A program made the position numbers and the translations under genes. A DNA stretch of 63,737 nt, counting the filler, from Octopus bimaculoides (taxonomy: Eukaryota): the NCBI RefSeq assembly GCF_001194135.2. It is 6 parts of 6 records of this genome, joined end to end, with 100 filler letters (N's around TTAATTAATTAA, not from the genome) between each part and the next. Parts side by side here need not be neighbours in the genome. Positions count along the whole stretch, not along the records: positions 47,976 to 60,899 come from NC_068986.1; positions 61,000 to 63,737 come from NW_026361311.1; 4 more parts are not named here. One strand, 5' to 3'. The notes below the pieces were generated by a model, which saw only the letters and a list, made by a program, of their open reading frames with translations, had not been told where the DNA came from and made no database searches. The first letter of the stretch is position 1. Each line of letters starts with the position of its first letter. This document shows, in pieces, positions 48,407 through 61,253 of this stretch.

Positions 48407-49367
48407 TACATACATATATACACACATACATACATATATATACAAAGTATATATATACATGTATGTGTGTATATATATATATATATGTATATATATGTAT
48501 ATATATGTATATATATGTATGTATATATGTATATATATTTATATATATATATANNNNNNNNNNNNNNNNNNNNNNNNNNNNNNNNNNNNNNNNNNNNNNN
48601 NNNNNNNNNNNNNNNNNNNNNNNNNNNNNNNNNNNNNNNNNNNNNNNNNNNNNNNNNNNNNNNNNNNNNNNNNNNNNNNNNNNNNNNNNNNNNNNNNNNN
48701 NNNNNNNNNNNNNNNNNNNNNNNNNNNNNNNNNNNNNNNNNNNNNNNNNNNNNNNNNNNNNNNNNNNNNNNNNNNNNNNNNNNNNNNNNNNNNNNNNNNN
48801 NNNNNNNNNNNNNNNNNNNNNNNNNNNNNNNNNNNNNNNNNNNNNNNNNNNNNNNNNNNNNNNNNNNNNNNNNNNNNNNNNNNNNNNNNNNNNNNNNNNN
48901 NNNNNNNNNNNNNNNNNNNNNNNNNNNNNNNNNNNNNNNNNNNNNNNNNNNNNNNNNNNNNNNNNNNNNNNNNNNNNNNNNNNNNNNNNNNNNNNNNNNN
49001 NTATATATAGCATTATATATCATTTAACTACTGCCTAAGTTCATGAAAAAGCCTCTAGCCACATGAAATCTTAATTACTAATTGCATTATATTAAACTTA
49101 ACCATGCTGAGAACTGTCATGCGATATATATATGTATGTTAAATACATTTCTGCTATAAAGATATATACAAATACATAATTCAGGATGGTCATTGCTGGA
49201 ATGCTTTTGATCATACATCTACACTATTATAGCTTGCCTGGGACTAAACAACGACATAATAGGTCTCTTATTATTTCATCTAAAAACTACATAAGTAATA
49301 AACTATGGCAGCTAATACTAGCAACTCCAAAATAGATTATTATTTTTAAATGTATATAGATTCTTCA

Positions 49368-49545
49368 AGTTGAGCCAACTGGCAGGAGACCCAGGAGTAG
49401 ACCAAGAAGATGGTTGGCTAATATCCATAATCTCAGTTGGTCATGCTTGGGAATCCAGCTGGAAAATCTAATGATTGTTGCTTCTGATGAGACCCTATAG
49501 AGGAGACTCCTGAGGGCTCTACATCCACAACCATGCCAAGTATAG
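49368..49545 (+). mobile_element. Rex3/Expander-like RTE C-terminal fragment
   Basis: QVEPTGRRPRSRPRRWLANIHNLSWSCLGIQLENL..VASDETL*RRLLRALHPQP resembles PTGRRPRGRPRTRW..LAWxRLG..LL.LLPPRP. Confidence 0.7.
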
Positions 49546-49992
49546 TGGACAAAGAAGATGGCTGAATACAAATTAACATATGTATGTATTTATAATGACT
49601 TAACCAGAGTAGTAAGAGTATAGTCCATAATACTTTGCAAGGCCCCTGGTGAAAGGAATGAAATTATTGAGTGGCAATTTGGCTTAAATCTTATAATTAC
49701 CTGAACTTTGCTAAAATTGTCTAATGAACAAGTAGTGGTACCAAAATGTGTGGTTTGTTTTTAAAATAGCTATACTGTATACCTACATAGATAATTTAAT
49801 GGGTTGGCATTAGAAGAGCCACCATCCATAAAATATTGCCCACAAAAGTAAAAAGTTCAGTGCAAGCCATGCTGGTATAGAAAACAGACATAAGACTGTT
49901 GATGATGATGATGACAATGATGATGACAATGATGATGCAAATGTGTGAACACTCATAAAACTGTATGTATGTGTATATATATATATATATAT

Positions 49993-50036
<44 letters not shown>

Positions 50037-50636
50037 TTAATGTCCATTTTCCTAAGTCCCAGCTAACTTGTACCTTATAATAAATTTGACTTGCAGGATA
50101 GAGTCATTTCCTCAGTTAAAAGTTCCATTCTCACTCTTAATCTCGTACTAAAATAACCCAAGGATATATACATTTATATGTATGTATGCATGTATGTAAG
50201 TATGTATGTATTGACATGCGCACAAACACACACACAAATACATACACACACACGCATACACACTCACACACAAATATATACATACACAAGCACAGTTATT
50301 TGTGCATGTTTCTGTTTATAAGCTATTTTTCTATATTAAAACTATGTGCTGCACTATTTTCAGAAAAGAAAACTTATGAAATGAGTTTTCTCAATTATGA
50401 AATGAGTGGTTAATAAATATTTAATGCTGACAATTACAGTGGGAATCTATAACAGAAATATAATAGAAAATAGCCAACATCTAATTGAAATTTTCTCCCA
50501 CCAAAATACAAATTAGGTTAAGTTATTCCTTGGTGTTAAATTCTGATGAAGCAATTTTCTTGTCATAGAAAGGTAAATATTCAGAAATAATGTACATATA
50601 TTCTATTTACATATGTACTGAATGTANNNNNNNNNN

Positions 50637-50673
<37 letters not shown>

Positions 50674-50858
50674 TCTTCCTCATCCTCCTCATCATCAATT
50701 TTATGCCTAGTTTCCATGTTGGAATGGATTAATTGGTTGGACAAGCTGCAATGGATCTGAGGTTGACATCTTGTCTCAGTTTTTGTCTTGGTTTCTGACT
50801 GGATGCCCTTCTTAATGTGAACCATTTTACACTCACACATGCACATGCACGCACACGC

Positions 50859-50897
<39 letters not shown>

Positions 50898-52084
50898 TGC
50901 ACAGATATCTTTATCTATATATCTAGGAGAATCATCTTCATCACCTTCCTTTAATGTCCAGTTTCCATGCTGGCATGGGTTGGACAGTTTGACAGGATCC
51001 ATTAAGCTCCAGGATGGGTTTCTATGACTGGACACCTTTCTTAAAGCAAAAAAATTTCTTAAATTTTAAATGGTAGATTCTTTAATCCATTTTATAATGT
51101 TATTTCTATAGTTTTAATCTTCTTTTTAATAATACCCTAGTACATTCCATTAAAATGAAGTCCTTATCACTTTTACTGTATAAATCTAAGTAGTTTCGGG
51201 TAGATTTTGTTATTCTTTTGTTGTAACCATCAAGTTAGTTCTGATCTAGTGAACCAATGATCAGAGGCATTCAAACTTTGACCACCCTATCTTTTTCTCA
51301 AACATAATCTACCTAGGATAACATTTTTAATATGTTTTGTTGTTTTTAACGTTAGGGTGTGACTTGAGAAAAATTTTAGCTATTATTTCTAGCAGCTCAA
51401 ATGACTAAATAGGAAGTCCCTTATTTACTAATTAATTTCCAATAGTAATGGTGTTAGTATCGGCAATAATTAGAGTAGTGGTGTTGGTTGTTGGGTGGGG
51501 GGTAACTGTTGTATGTTTAATAGTTGTAGTGTATTTTGTCTTTTAGGCACAGTTAATCAAAAATTTTACCTTCTTTTTATTTTTTACCTGTGGGAAAAAA
51601 ATGTCAAAAATGGAAAATTATTATTGCATTGTAAATATATATTTATATATATAACAGGCTGCTTAGCAAAAGAAGAGGAAGGAGAAGGGGAAGGAGAAAA
51701 AAGTAATATGAGAAAGAATAGGAGCAACAGTAGAAGACAAAAAATAAAATAACACAGGAAAAAAAGACAAAAAATAAAGAATTAACTAGAAACAAGGAAG
51801 ATAAAAGGATTGTTTTTTTTAAAAAGAAAATAAAAAGAAAGAAAGGAAAAACTTGAATAAAACAAAACAACAAAACTATAGTTAAAACAAAGAAAAAAGA
51901 AAATCAAGTAACAGAAAATATATGGGAGGAAAACAGATGAAGGAAGAAATGAGAAAAGAAAGCTGAAAGAAGAAAAAAAACAACTGCCCCACCTTGCCAA
52001 ATCTACTAGCTTTCAAGGATCTTCAATAAAAAGAATTACATAAATATTATTGACTTGTTACAAAAGAACAAAGACTCAAAAGTG

Positions 52085-52190
52085 GGGGATGGTTAAAACC
52101 GATTAGATCAGACCCAGTGTATGACTGGTACTTCTTTTATCCCACCACCCCTACATGGATCAAAGGCAAAATTGACTTCAGCAGGATGTT
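52085..52190 (-). mobile_element. SINE family B 3' part, degenerate
   Basis: Reverse complement GAAGTCAATTTTGCCTTTGATCC..GATAAAAGAAGTACCAGTCATACACTGGG. Confidence 0.55.
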
Positions 52191-52540
52191 ATGTTATAAA
52201 AGGTATAAAAGGTAAGAAGCTAAATGCCACAATGCATCTCAACCGTCACTCTGCCGGCTCTGGCATAATCATATAAATATTGAAAAACTGAAAATAAGAA
52301 ACAGAATCATTCATTTATTCATTTGTTTATTTTCATTGGTTGTATTTTATATATATTGGTTTATTGTTGAAACACTATCAAACAATCAAATGCTAACACA
52401 GGTCAATAATCAATAAAACAAGCTGAAAGAGAAATTTGAAAGTTTGTGTGAATTTATGTCTGTATGAGTGTTTATATGCATATGCGTATGTCTTAATTCT
52501 TCAACGTTCATATCCATTTTGATGTAAATATACATACATA

Positions 52541-52576
<36 letters not shown>

Positions 52577-54265
52577 GTGTATACATGTGTGTGTAAAAAC
52601 GCATTTGTACAAACACTCATACACATGATCACATGTAAATGCATGTTCACCTGTGTATATGAATATATAAATATATACATATTGATGGGAGGCATAAACA
52701 TTTTAGTATCATGTATGTTCATAAATACACACATACATATGATATATGTGAATGTACAAGCACACACACACACAGACACACACGCATATACATATATACA
52801 CAAGTGTGTCAAAGAAAAGAGTACTGGATAAATGGTGTAGAGTAATATATTTACTGGGATTCAGTTGCTGATTCCCTTGATTGCTATTCAGAGTTTCACA
52901 CATGTAAAATATACATGAGATTAATCAGAAAATATGTTGTGAATCCGGTAAACCTCACGTGTATGAAACGCCAAGTAACAGAGGAGTGAAGCAACTACTG
53001 GTTCCCTATGCATGTGTGTGTGCGTGCATGTGTGTGGGTGTATATATATATATATATATATNNNNNNNNNNNNNNNNNNNNNNNNNNNNNNNNNNNNNNN
53101 NNNNNNNNNNNNNNNNNNNNNNNNNNNNNNNNNNNNNNNNNNNNNNNNNNNNNNNNNNNNNNNNNNNNNNNNNNNNNNNNNNNNNNNNNNNNNNNNNNNN
53201 NNNNNNNNNNNNNNNNNNNNNNNNNNNNNNNNNNNNNNNNNNNNNNNNNNNNNNNNNNNNNNNNNNNNNNNNNNNNNNNNNNNNNNNNNNNNNNNNNNNN
53301 NNNNNNNNNNNNNNNNNNNNNNNNNNNNNNNNNNNNNNNNNNNNNNNNNNNNNNNNNNNNNNNNNNNNNNNNNNNNNNNNNNNNNNNNNNNNNNNNNNNN
53401 NNNNNNNNNNNNNNNNNNNNNNNNNNNNNNNNNNNNNNNNNNNNNNNNNNNNNNNNNNNNNNNNNNNNNNNNNNNNNNNNNNNNNNNNNNNNNNNNNNNN
53501 NNNNNNNNNNNNNNNNNNNNNNNNNNNNNNNNNNNNNNNNNNNNNNNNNNNNNNNNNNNNNNNNNNNNNNNNNNNNNNNNNNNNNNNNNNNNNNNNNNNN
53601 NNNNNNNNNNNNNNNNNNNNNNNNNNNNNNNNNNNNNNNNNNNNNNNNNNNNNNNNNNNNNNNNNNNNNNNNNNNNNNNNNNNNNNNNNNNNNNNNNNNN
53701 NNNNNNNNNNNNNNNNNNNNNNNNNNNNNNNNNNNNNNNNNNNNNNNNNNNNNNNNNNNNNNNNNNNNNNNNNNNNNNNNNNNNNNNNNNNNNNNNNNNN
53801 NNNNNNNNNNNNNNNNNNNNNNNNNNNNNNNNNNNNNNNNNNNNNNNNNNNNNNNNNNNNNNNNNNNNNNNNNNNNNNNNNNNNNNNNNNNNNNNNNNNN
53901 NNATATATATTTATATATATACATACATACACACACACACATATGTATTGTATGCATGTATCTCTAATATATGTTTGTATTACATATGTGTGTGTGTGTA
54001 TGCAGATATCAGAATGTATATCAAGATTTTAGTAAGAAAGCATTTAGTGGACCTTTAAGATAAATGTTAAAATTTTTATTAATATACCACATCATATTAT
54101 ATACATTAAAAAAAAAATGTATGTATATCTGTCCATATGTATATGTGTGAGTATATGTATGTGTATTGTTTTGTAATTTTGTATTGTTTAACATTAGTGG
54201 GTGAGCTACAACAGATTTTGTGTGCTAGTTTGTTTGTGTGTGTGTGTTTGTGCTTATATATAATT

Positions 54266-54631
54266 GCAAGTATGGCTGTATGGTTAAGAAACTCACTTCG
54301 CACCCATGTAGTTTTAGGTTCAGTCCCACTGTACAGCACCTTGGGCAAATGTCTTCTATTATAGCCCTAGGTGAACCAATGCTTTGTGAGTGAATTTGAT
54401 AAACAAGAACTATGTGGAAACCCAACATATGTGTGTCTCTATGTTTCTATTTTTGTCTTCCCGCCCCACTTGACTACCAATGCTGGTTTGTTTACATCCT
54501 TGGGACATTGCTGTTCACCAATAGAGGCTGACAGATTAAGTACCAAACTTAAGAGTAAGTCCTGGGTTCAATTTTTTCAACTAAATCCTGAAGGTACTGA
54601 CCCAGCATGGATACAGTCCAGTGATTGAAAC
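54266..54631 (+). mobile_element. SINE family A, near full length
   Basis: TGGCTGTATGG (A box), GGTTCAGTCCC (B box), core, and tail ..GACCCAGCATGG..CAGT..TGATTGAAAC. Confidence 0.85.
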
Positions 54632-54696
54632 NNNNNNNNNNNNNNNNNNNNNNNNNNNNNNNNNNNNNNNNNNNNNNNNNNNNNNNNNNNNNNNNN

Positions 54697-54728
<32 letters not shown>

Positions 54729-55000
54729 CACATATATATATACATATATGTTGCTGCAAGTATGTCTAACTAGTTAAAATGTTTGCTTCATAGTCATGAG
54801 ATTCCTGGTTGGATCTCATTACAGGACATCTTGGGAAAATATCCTTTACCAAAGCCCTAAGTTATTCAAATCTTTTTAGATTCAAATTGAGTAAACAAAA
54901 TCTGTGTGGAAACCTGCTGGGTAGAATGTGTCTGTAATTCACATGACAAACATTGTATCATGGTGTGCTACAATGATTCATCCTGAGAATTACTTTAAGG

Positions 55001-55288
55001 CAGTGGTTCCCAAAGTGGGTGGTACTTCCCCCAATGGAGGCAATGGAAAAGTTCAGTGGGTGTCGAAGAAAAGTGGGGGCAATTATAGGGCAGCAAAAGG
55101 AGGTAATGGATGTATCCCTCCCCTCCAAATAATGGGTTAATTAGGTTAAGTTTTATATGTGAAATACAGTTGTTTTGAATTTGCTGCAGAGAGTGGTCTA
55201 TGTTTGTGGGGAGTGAATTGGGCGGGGCACTAGGGATGTGGCATGGGAGCCAAGGGGGCAGCAGCCTGAAAGAGTTTGGAAATTACTA
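55001..55288. mobile_element. hAT (Charlie-like) MITE with intact 8-bp TSD
   Basis: TSD CTTTAAGG at 54993-55000 and 55289-55296; TIRs CAGTGGTTCCCAAA / TTTGGAAATTACTA (10/14 match). Confidence 0.88.
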
Positions 55289-58139
55289 CTTTAAGGGTAC
55301 AAATCTTTCAGAAATCTTGACCTGCTTTTATGCTAATTTTTATGCAACTGGAATACTCGTTGTGTAACAGACAAGGGACTCTTTACCAATGCGTTGATTC
55401 TGACATCCCACACTAATATATGTTGCCTATCTGTATATCCCCTTAGTATATTTTTTCAAAGCCCTAGAGGGTCACTGTTTAATGTGTCTTATAATGACTT
55501 GTTTTCTTGAGTTTTATAAGAACTTAGTCACTGGCTTCATAAGAACCAGAGTTAATTGTAGTTTCATAAACATGAACAGCTAAGAAATCAGTATATATAC
55601 CTATGGGTAGGGTATAAAATTTAGGGCAGGTAGAATGATTACATCTGGTACATATTCTTAGCAACCAGGTGAATTAAGGTACACACACAGCTAAGTGCAC
55701 TCTTCAAATACACATGGTGACACTGAACTGAAGCTCATTTACCTATATATGTTTGAGAGAGAGAGAGAGAGTGATAAGGAGGGAGAGAGTGATAAGGAGG
55801 GAGAGAGAGAGAAGTTAGACATTAAGAGGGTGAGAGAAGTGGAAAGAGTATGAACTAAAGATTCTGATCATCTCATTGACTTCCAATCAATGTTGCCTAA
55901 TTACTTCAGAATGAAATATTTTCTTCTTTCTTAGTTCCAAAATTATCAATAATAGTCTGAAGTGTTTCTGTATTCTTAATTTCATCTTTGGGTAAAATCA
56001 TTAGAACTCTACAATGGAGATGAAACAAGGAGAGGAGGAGAAGGAAGAGAAAGAATCAAGAAAGATAGGATGAGGAGGGAGGGAGGAAGTTATAGAAATA
56101 GATGAGTGGAGAATGGAAACTGAATTGTCACCAGCTGTTTTGACTTTTCTACTTATTTTTGTTAAGTGAAAGTTTTTGAGGTGGAAAGTATTGTAAACAT
56201 TTATCTCTTACCATTAACAAAGCCTGGTAATTAATACCTATTGATATGAAATGCTTTCGTTCGGTGAAGGTGTACATACTATAGTACATTTGTGTTTGTT
56301 TGTGTGTTACCCATCCATCCACAATGATTCAGTGTTAATTTTATAAAAAAAAAAAAATGAATTTAAATGCTATTTTTTTCAAACTGTTTAAAAGTTACGA
56401 AAAAAATATCAACAGTTTCCTGAATTTTGGTGATAAATATTTCCCTTCATGTACACAATTTAAAGATTGTAGTTAAGGTTAGAGTTAGATGTAAGATGGA
56501 GGCTTTACTATCCTTACCTATGACTGAAAAAAACATTTGCAACAAAAAAAGATGTCCTAATATGGAAGTTTTCATTTTAACAACATGATTAATCTTTTGA
56601 CCTTAAAATAATCACTTTATGGTTTTAGGAAATATCTACTTAGATATCTTAAACATAGTATTTTGAATTCAAAATAATTGGCTTACTTAAATATATTCTG
56701 ATTTTAGAATAAAGAATTTAGCCATAGTGTTATTTTAACTACAGCATAAATACATGTCCTGGAGGTATTTTTTGAAACTCTTTCTCTTGACAGCTACATA
56801 TAACTGAATAGAGTTTTGAATTTCCATCTGATGGATTAATGGTTTGTATCTTGTCACTATTGCTGTGCAGTGTCTACAGCCAATGTATTTAACTCTTGTC
56901 AGTCCAATCTATCTATTTTATCTTATCTATATATAGGTAACACAAGGTATCTATTCTTAGATGGATGAACTGCAGCATTGTATTATAAGCATTTCATTAG
57001 CTTACAGAATTATGTTAAAGCCTTCTTTATCACAGTGTTACTCTTTATCCTTTGCTTGACTTAACATTACCAGCCTGGCTCTAAGTGTCTTTGATGGAAT
57101 ATATTTTTAGCCTTTTTGAGTCTATAGACATCTGTTTTTCTCTTTTGGAGTACCTTTAGCATAGTCCACTCTGCTGCAAGCATTCAGTCTAGGTCTCTGG
57201 TTTCCAAGAGTAATTTCCTCCCTACCCAACCAGGCATGTGTGCAACCTTTCCTCTTTCAGCTCAACCACTATTAAAGCTCAGATCAAATTTCATCTGTTT
57301 GCTCTGGGTCCTCATTGTCATTATAATCTGTATTTTCTACAATCTTAAATTTCATGCAGTCTACCCTGTGCTAAGGATCAGCAAACAGATAGAAAGAAAG
57401 TTATCACCCCCAGAAAAATAAATGTCTCAGTTGACAGAGTGTTTAAACTTAATATCCTTTATCTCTTATAATGTTTCAGTGTTGTTTTGATTTTTTTGTT
57501 GCATTGTGGACTTTGAATCCAATTATCTGAATCCAAATCTCAAAAGAAATTAAATGACAAAAAACTGTCGAAAATCAATAAAACATGTACCAGTCAAATA
57601 TTGAGGTCAAGTAAATTGACTTTTCCTTCATCCAGTGTTTGTGGCTTAATGCTTATACTAGAAATAATAATGTTTTATTTATAATTATTGAAATATTTAC
57701 CATGAACTTTTGTAAAAACAAACAAACAAAAAACCAAAAACAAAATTATGCTGAAGAGTAAAAAGAAAGAAAGTAATAGATGTGTTGTTAGTAATCATAA
57801 TAATAAAAAAAATATTACAATTTCTACTAGAAATATTTCTGAATGTCACAATATAATCATTCATCAAAAGAACAGTTTAGATAAACATGATTAAAAAAAA
57901 ACAACAAAAATGACAAGAGAATAAATGGAAGAATAAATAAAATAATGAAAATGAAAAAGAGGAAAATCAACATTTAGTTAAAGTATTTTTTCAGTTAATG
58001 ATTTAATATAATATTGAACAATTTTATATGAATATCTTTTTTTCACATTGTACAATATTATACAGCCAATATTAAAAACACTGTTATTAACAATATTAAC
58101 ACAATATTCAATCAATAGTTTTGCATGCATATATACATG

Positions 58140-58206
<67 letters not shown>

Positions 58207-58750
58207 NNNNNNNNNNNNNNNNNNNNNNNNNNNNNNNNNNNNNNNNNNNNNNNNNNNNNNNNNNNNNNNNNNNNNNNNNNNNNNNNNNNNNNNNNNNNNN
58301 NNNNNNNNNNNNNNNNNNNNNNNNNNNNNNNNNNNNNNNNNNNNNNNNNNNNNNNNNNNNNNNNNNNNNNNNNNNNNNNNNNNNNNNNNNNNNNNNNNNN
58401 NNNNNNNNNNNNNNNNNNNNNNNNNNNNNNNNNNNNNNNNNNNNNNNNNNNNNNNNNNNNNNNNNNNNNNNNNNNNNNNNNNNNNNNNNNNNNNNNNNNN
58501 NNNNNNNNNNNNNNNNNNNNNNNNNNNNNNNNNNNNNNNNNNNNNNNNNNNNNNNNNNNNNNNNNNNNNNNNNNNNNNNNNNNNNNNNNNNNNNNNNNNN
58601 NNNNNNNNNNNNNNNNNNNNNNNNNNNNNNNNNNNNNNNNNNNNNNNNNNNNNNNNNNNNNNNNNNNNNNNNNNNNNNNNNNNNNNNNNNNNNNNNNNNN
58701 NNNNNNNNNNNNNNNNNNNNNNNNNNNNNNNNNNNNNNNNNNNNNNNNNN

Positions 58751-58804
<54 letters not shown>

Positions 58805-58814
58805 TATATATTTA

Positions 58815-59515
58815 TACGAAGTCTGATCAATAAGTATCCGGACTGTTGCCATTGTAATGAAGCTGAAGCATGCAGAGTAAAGCCACTTAGCAAAGATTGA
58901 CCTTGAACTCTGTTGTGCATGTGCACTAAGTTTTAACGTTTTAGTTCACATCCGCTGTTTACAGCAGTGCTTGGAAGGAAGGTGAGTAGCATTGATCATG
59001 ACAGAGAAAGTTATCATGGTAATACCTGCTCAGAGGCCTACACAAAGTTGCAAAAAGTGTATTGAGAGGGGTGTATGAGCCACATACAAGTGTATGAGTG
59101 TTTCAGACGTTTCTAAGGTGGCCGAAAAATGTCTATATTGACGAACGTTTTGGGAGACCTGCAACCAGCAGAACAGAGGAAAGCATCACAGATGCATGTG
59201 TAGCTGTGAGGGGAAATCGTCGAATCACCACTCGTGAGTTATCAGAGCATGTAATTGGGTATGAGACACGTGTCTCGGGTTTCAGTTGCACAAGACCTTG
59301 ATTGTGTCAAGAATGATGAAAACTTTTTGAAAACTTTGCATAGGCTTCTGAGCAGGTATTCTGAAGCTTTTGGCAAGATTCTCTGCTGAACTTTCTCTGT
59401 CACATTTAATGCAATGACCACACATTACACACCTTCCTTCCAAGCACTGCTGTAAAGAGCAGAAGCGAACCAGTACGTTAAAACTTAGTGCACATGCACA
59501 ACAGAGTTCAAGATC
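58815..59515. mobile_element. Fold-back mariner derivative (two 5' ends in inverted orientation)
   Basis: TA+CGAAGTCTGATCAATAAGTATCCGGAC terminus; HTH remnant MSHIQVYE.FRRF..DERFGRPATSRTEE..NRRITTRELSE; 58899-59065 is inverted at 59321-59515; the right terminus is in a gap. Confidence 0.82.
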
Positions 59516-59735
59516 NNNNNNNNNNNNNNNNNNNNNNNNNNNNNNNNNNNNNNNNNNNNNNNNNNNNNNNNNNNNNNNNNNNNNNNNNNNNNNNNNNNNN
59601 NNNNNNNNNNNNNNNNNNNNNNNNNNNNNNNNNNNNNNNNNNNNNNNNNNNNNNNNNNNNNNNNNNNNNNNNNNNNNNNNNNNNNNNNNNNNNNNNNNNN
59701 NNNNNNNNNNNNNNNNNNNNNNNNNNNNNNNNNNN

Positions 59736-59778
<43 letters not shown>

Positions 59779-60899
59779 TCTTTAACAAGAATAGTAGTGA
59801 CTGTGACTCTGAAATTTTGACCTGTTAAACCCTCGGACTGTGATGCACTGAACTTGACCTTGGCTTTATATAGTCTCTGTTCAGGTAATTTTTTTCCCTT
59901 GAATAGGTGAAGTTTTGTTGAATGGTAATTAGGTTGTAGGGTAGGTTGTGACAGAAAGATGTTAAAGAGAAATTTTTTATTAATTAGATTAGGGATTATG
60001 TTTTGATCAAAATTTATTCATGTGTGTAGAACTTTGTAAACAGGTATGTATATTTAGGTGTGTCAGCTTCAGATCATAGGGTTGTTTTTTAGGTGCACAA
60101 AAGATAAGTAGAAAGAGTTTTTTGATCAGTAGATGTGACACTAGTTTTAGTCATTGTTGATTTTATTGGATTTAATCCTTTGTTTTGAGAATGTAAATAT
60201 CAAAGTTCTAAGCGTAATTCAGCATTTAGAACATTGTAACTGAGTGTGCAGCTTTTATGTAATGTAATTTTTAAGGGTTCATAAAAGGATATAAGCAGAA
60301 TATATGTTTTAGTTGATCAGAAAGTTTCTTTACTTGTTGTTGATGCTATTTAGAAGATTTTTTCTGTCTGGTTCAGTGAACTGTTACTTGTGAGTTTTCC
60401 TGGCATGCAACCGTTCTTTAGATAAGTCAAACTAAGCAAGAAAGACATGTTACACCACTTTAATAGTGGAAGAATTACTGAAGATGAAAAATAAATATAA
60501 ACACTCATACATGTATATGTGTATCTCTTGTTGGATAGGAGTGCTTATACATGCGTTGAACTACTCCTTTTTCTCAATCCCTGGCCACATCAATGCACCT
60601 GTGAGTGCACATGTGTGTGTCTGAGAATGTGTGAATATGTGCATGTGTGTGTGACTGTATTTGAGTATCTAGCAAGTGTAGGATTATACTGTAGTGTGTC
60701 TTTTAGCCTATCTCTTGCCTGTGCAAGTGGTAAGACACAACTGAAAGATACAACCAGTGACAAGACATGGCTGAAAGTGCAGAGTAACAGATCACAGGAT
60801 TAGCTTAAATAGAAAGTACTGCACTACTCTTTTTCCAGATCCTTATCTGGCAATGGTGAATGTATATATGTATGTATATATATATATATATATATATAT

Positions 60900-60999
60900 N
60901 NNNNNNNNNNNNNNNNNNNNNNNNNNNNNNNNNNNNNNNNNNNTTAATTAATTAANNNNNNNNNNNNNNNNNNNNNNNNNNNNNNNNNNNNNNNNNNNN
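60900..60999. other. Artificial contig-joining linker
   Basis: N44-TTAATTAATTAA(60944-60955)-N44. Confidence 0.95.
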
Positions 61000-61253
61000 T
61001 TGTCAAACATTTTCATCAAACATTGTCATCATACATCTACAAACATTTGATTTGGTTTCAAGCATTGTTATGAAAGATTTTCATTAATCATCCGCCTTCA
61101 AACTTCTTCAAACATCTTAATGAAACATCTTCATTAGCACTAAAACTTCGTCATAAAACATTTTTAACAAACATCGTCATCAAACAATTTCATCAAACAT
61201 CATCATCTTCAAATGTCATAAAACACCGACATCCATCAAACATATTCATCAAA
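61000..61253. repeat. Degenerate short-period minisatellite (TCATCAAACAT-like)
   Basis: AAACAT/TCATCAAAC recurs every about 12-17 bp. Confidence 0.65.

Noticed and set aside
49480-49520. CTGATGAG hammerhead-like motif
   Set aside because: It lies within RTE coding sequence and has no correctly placed GAAA.
56800-60440. Possible old LINE fragments at about 56800-57400 and 59800-60440
   Set aside because: Composition is suggestive, but I could not recover diagnostic motifs.
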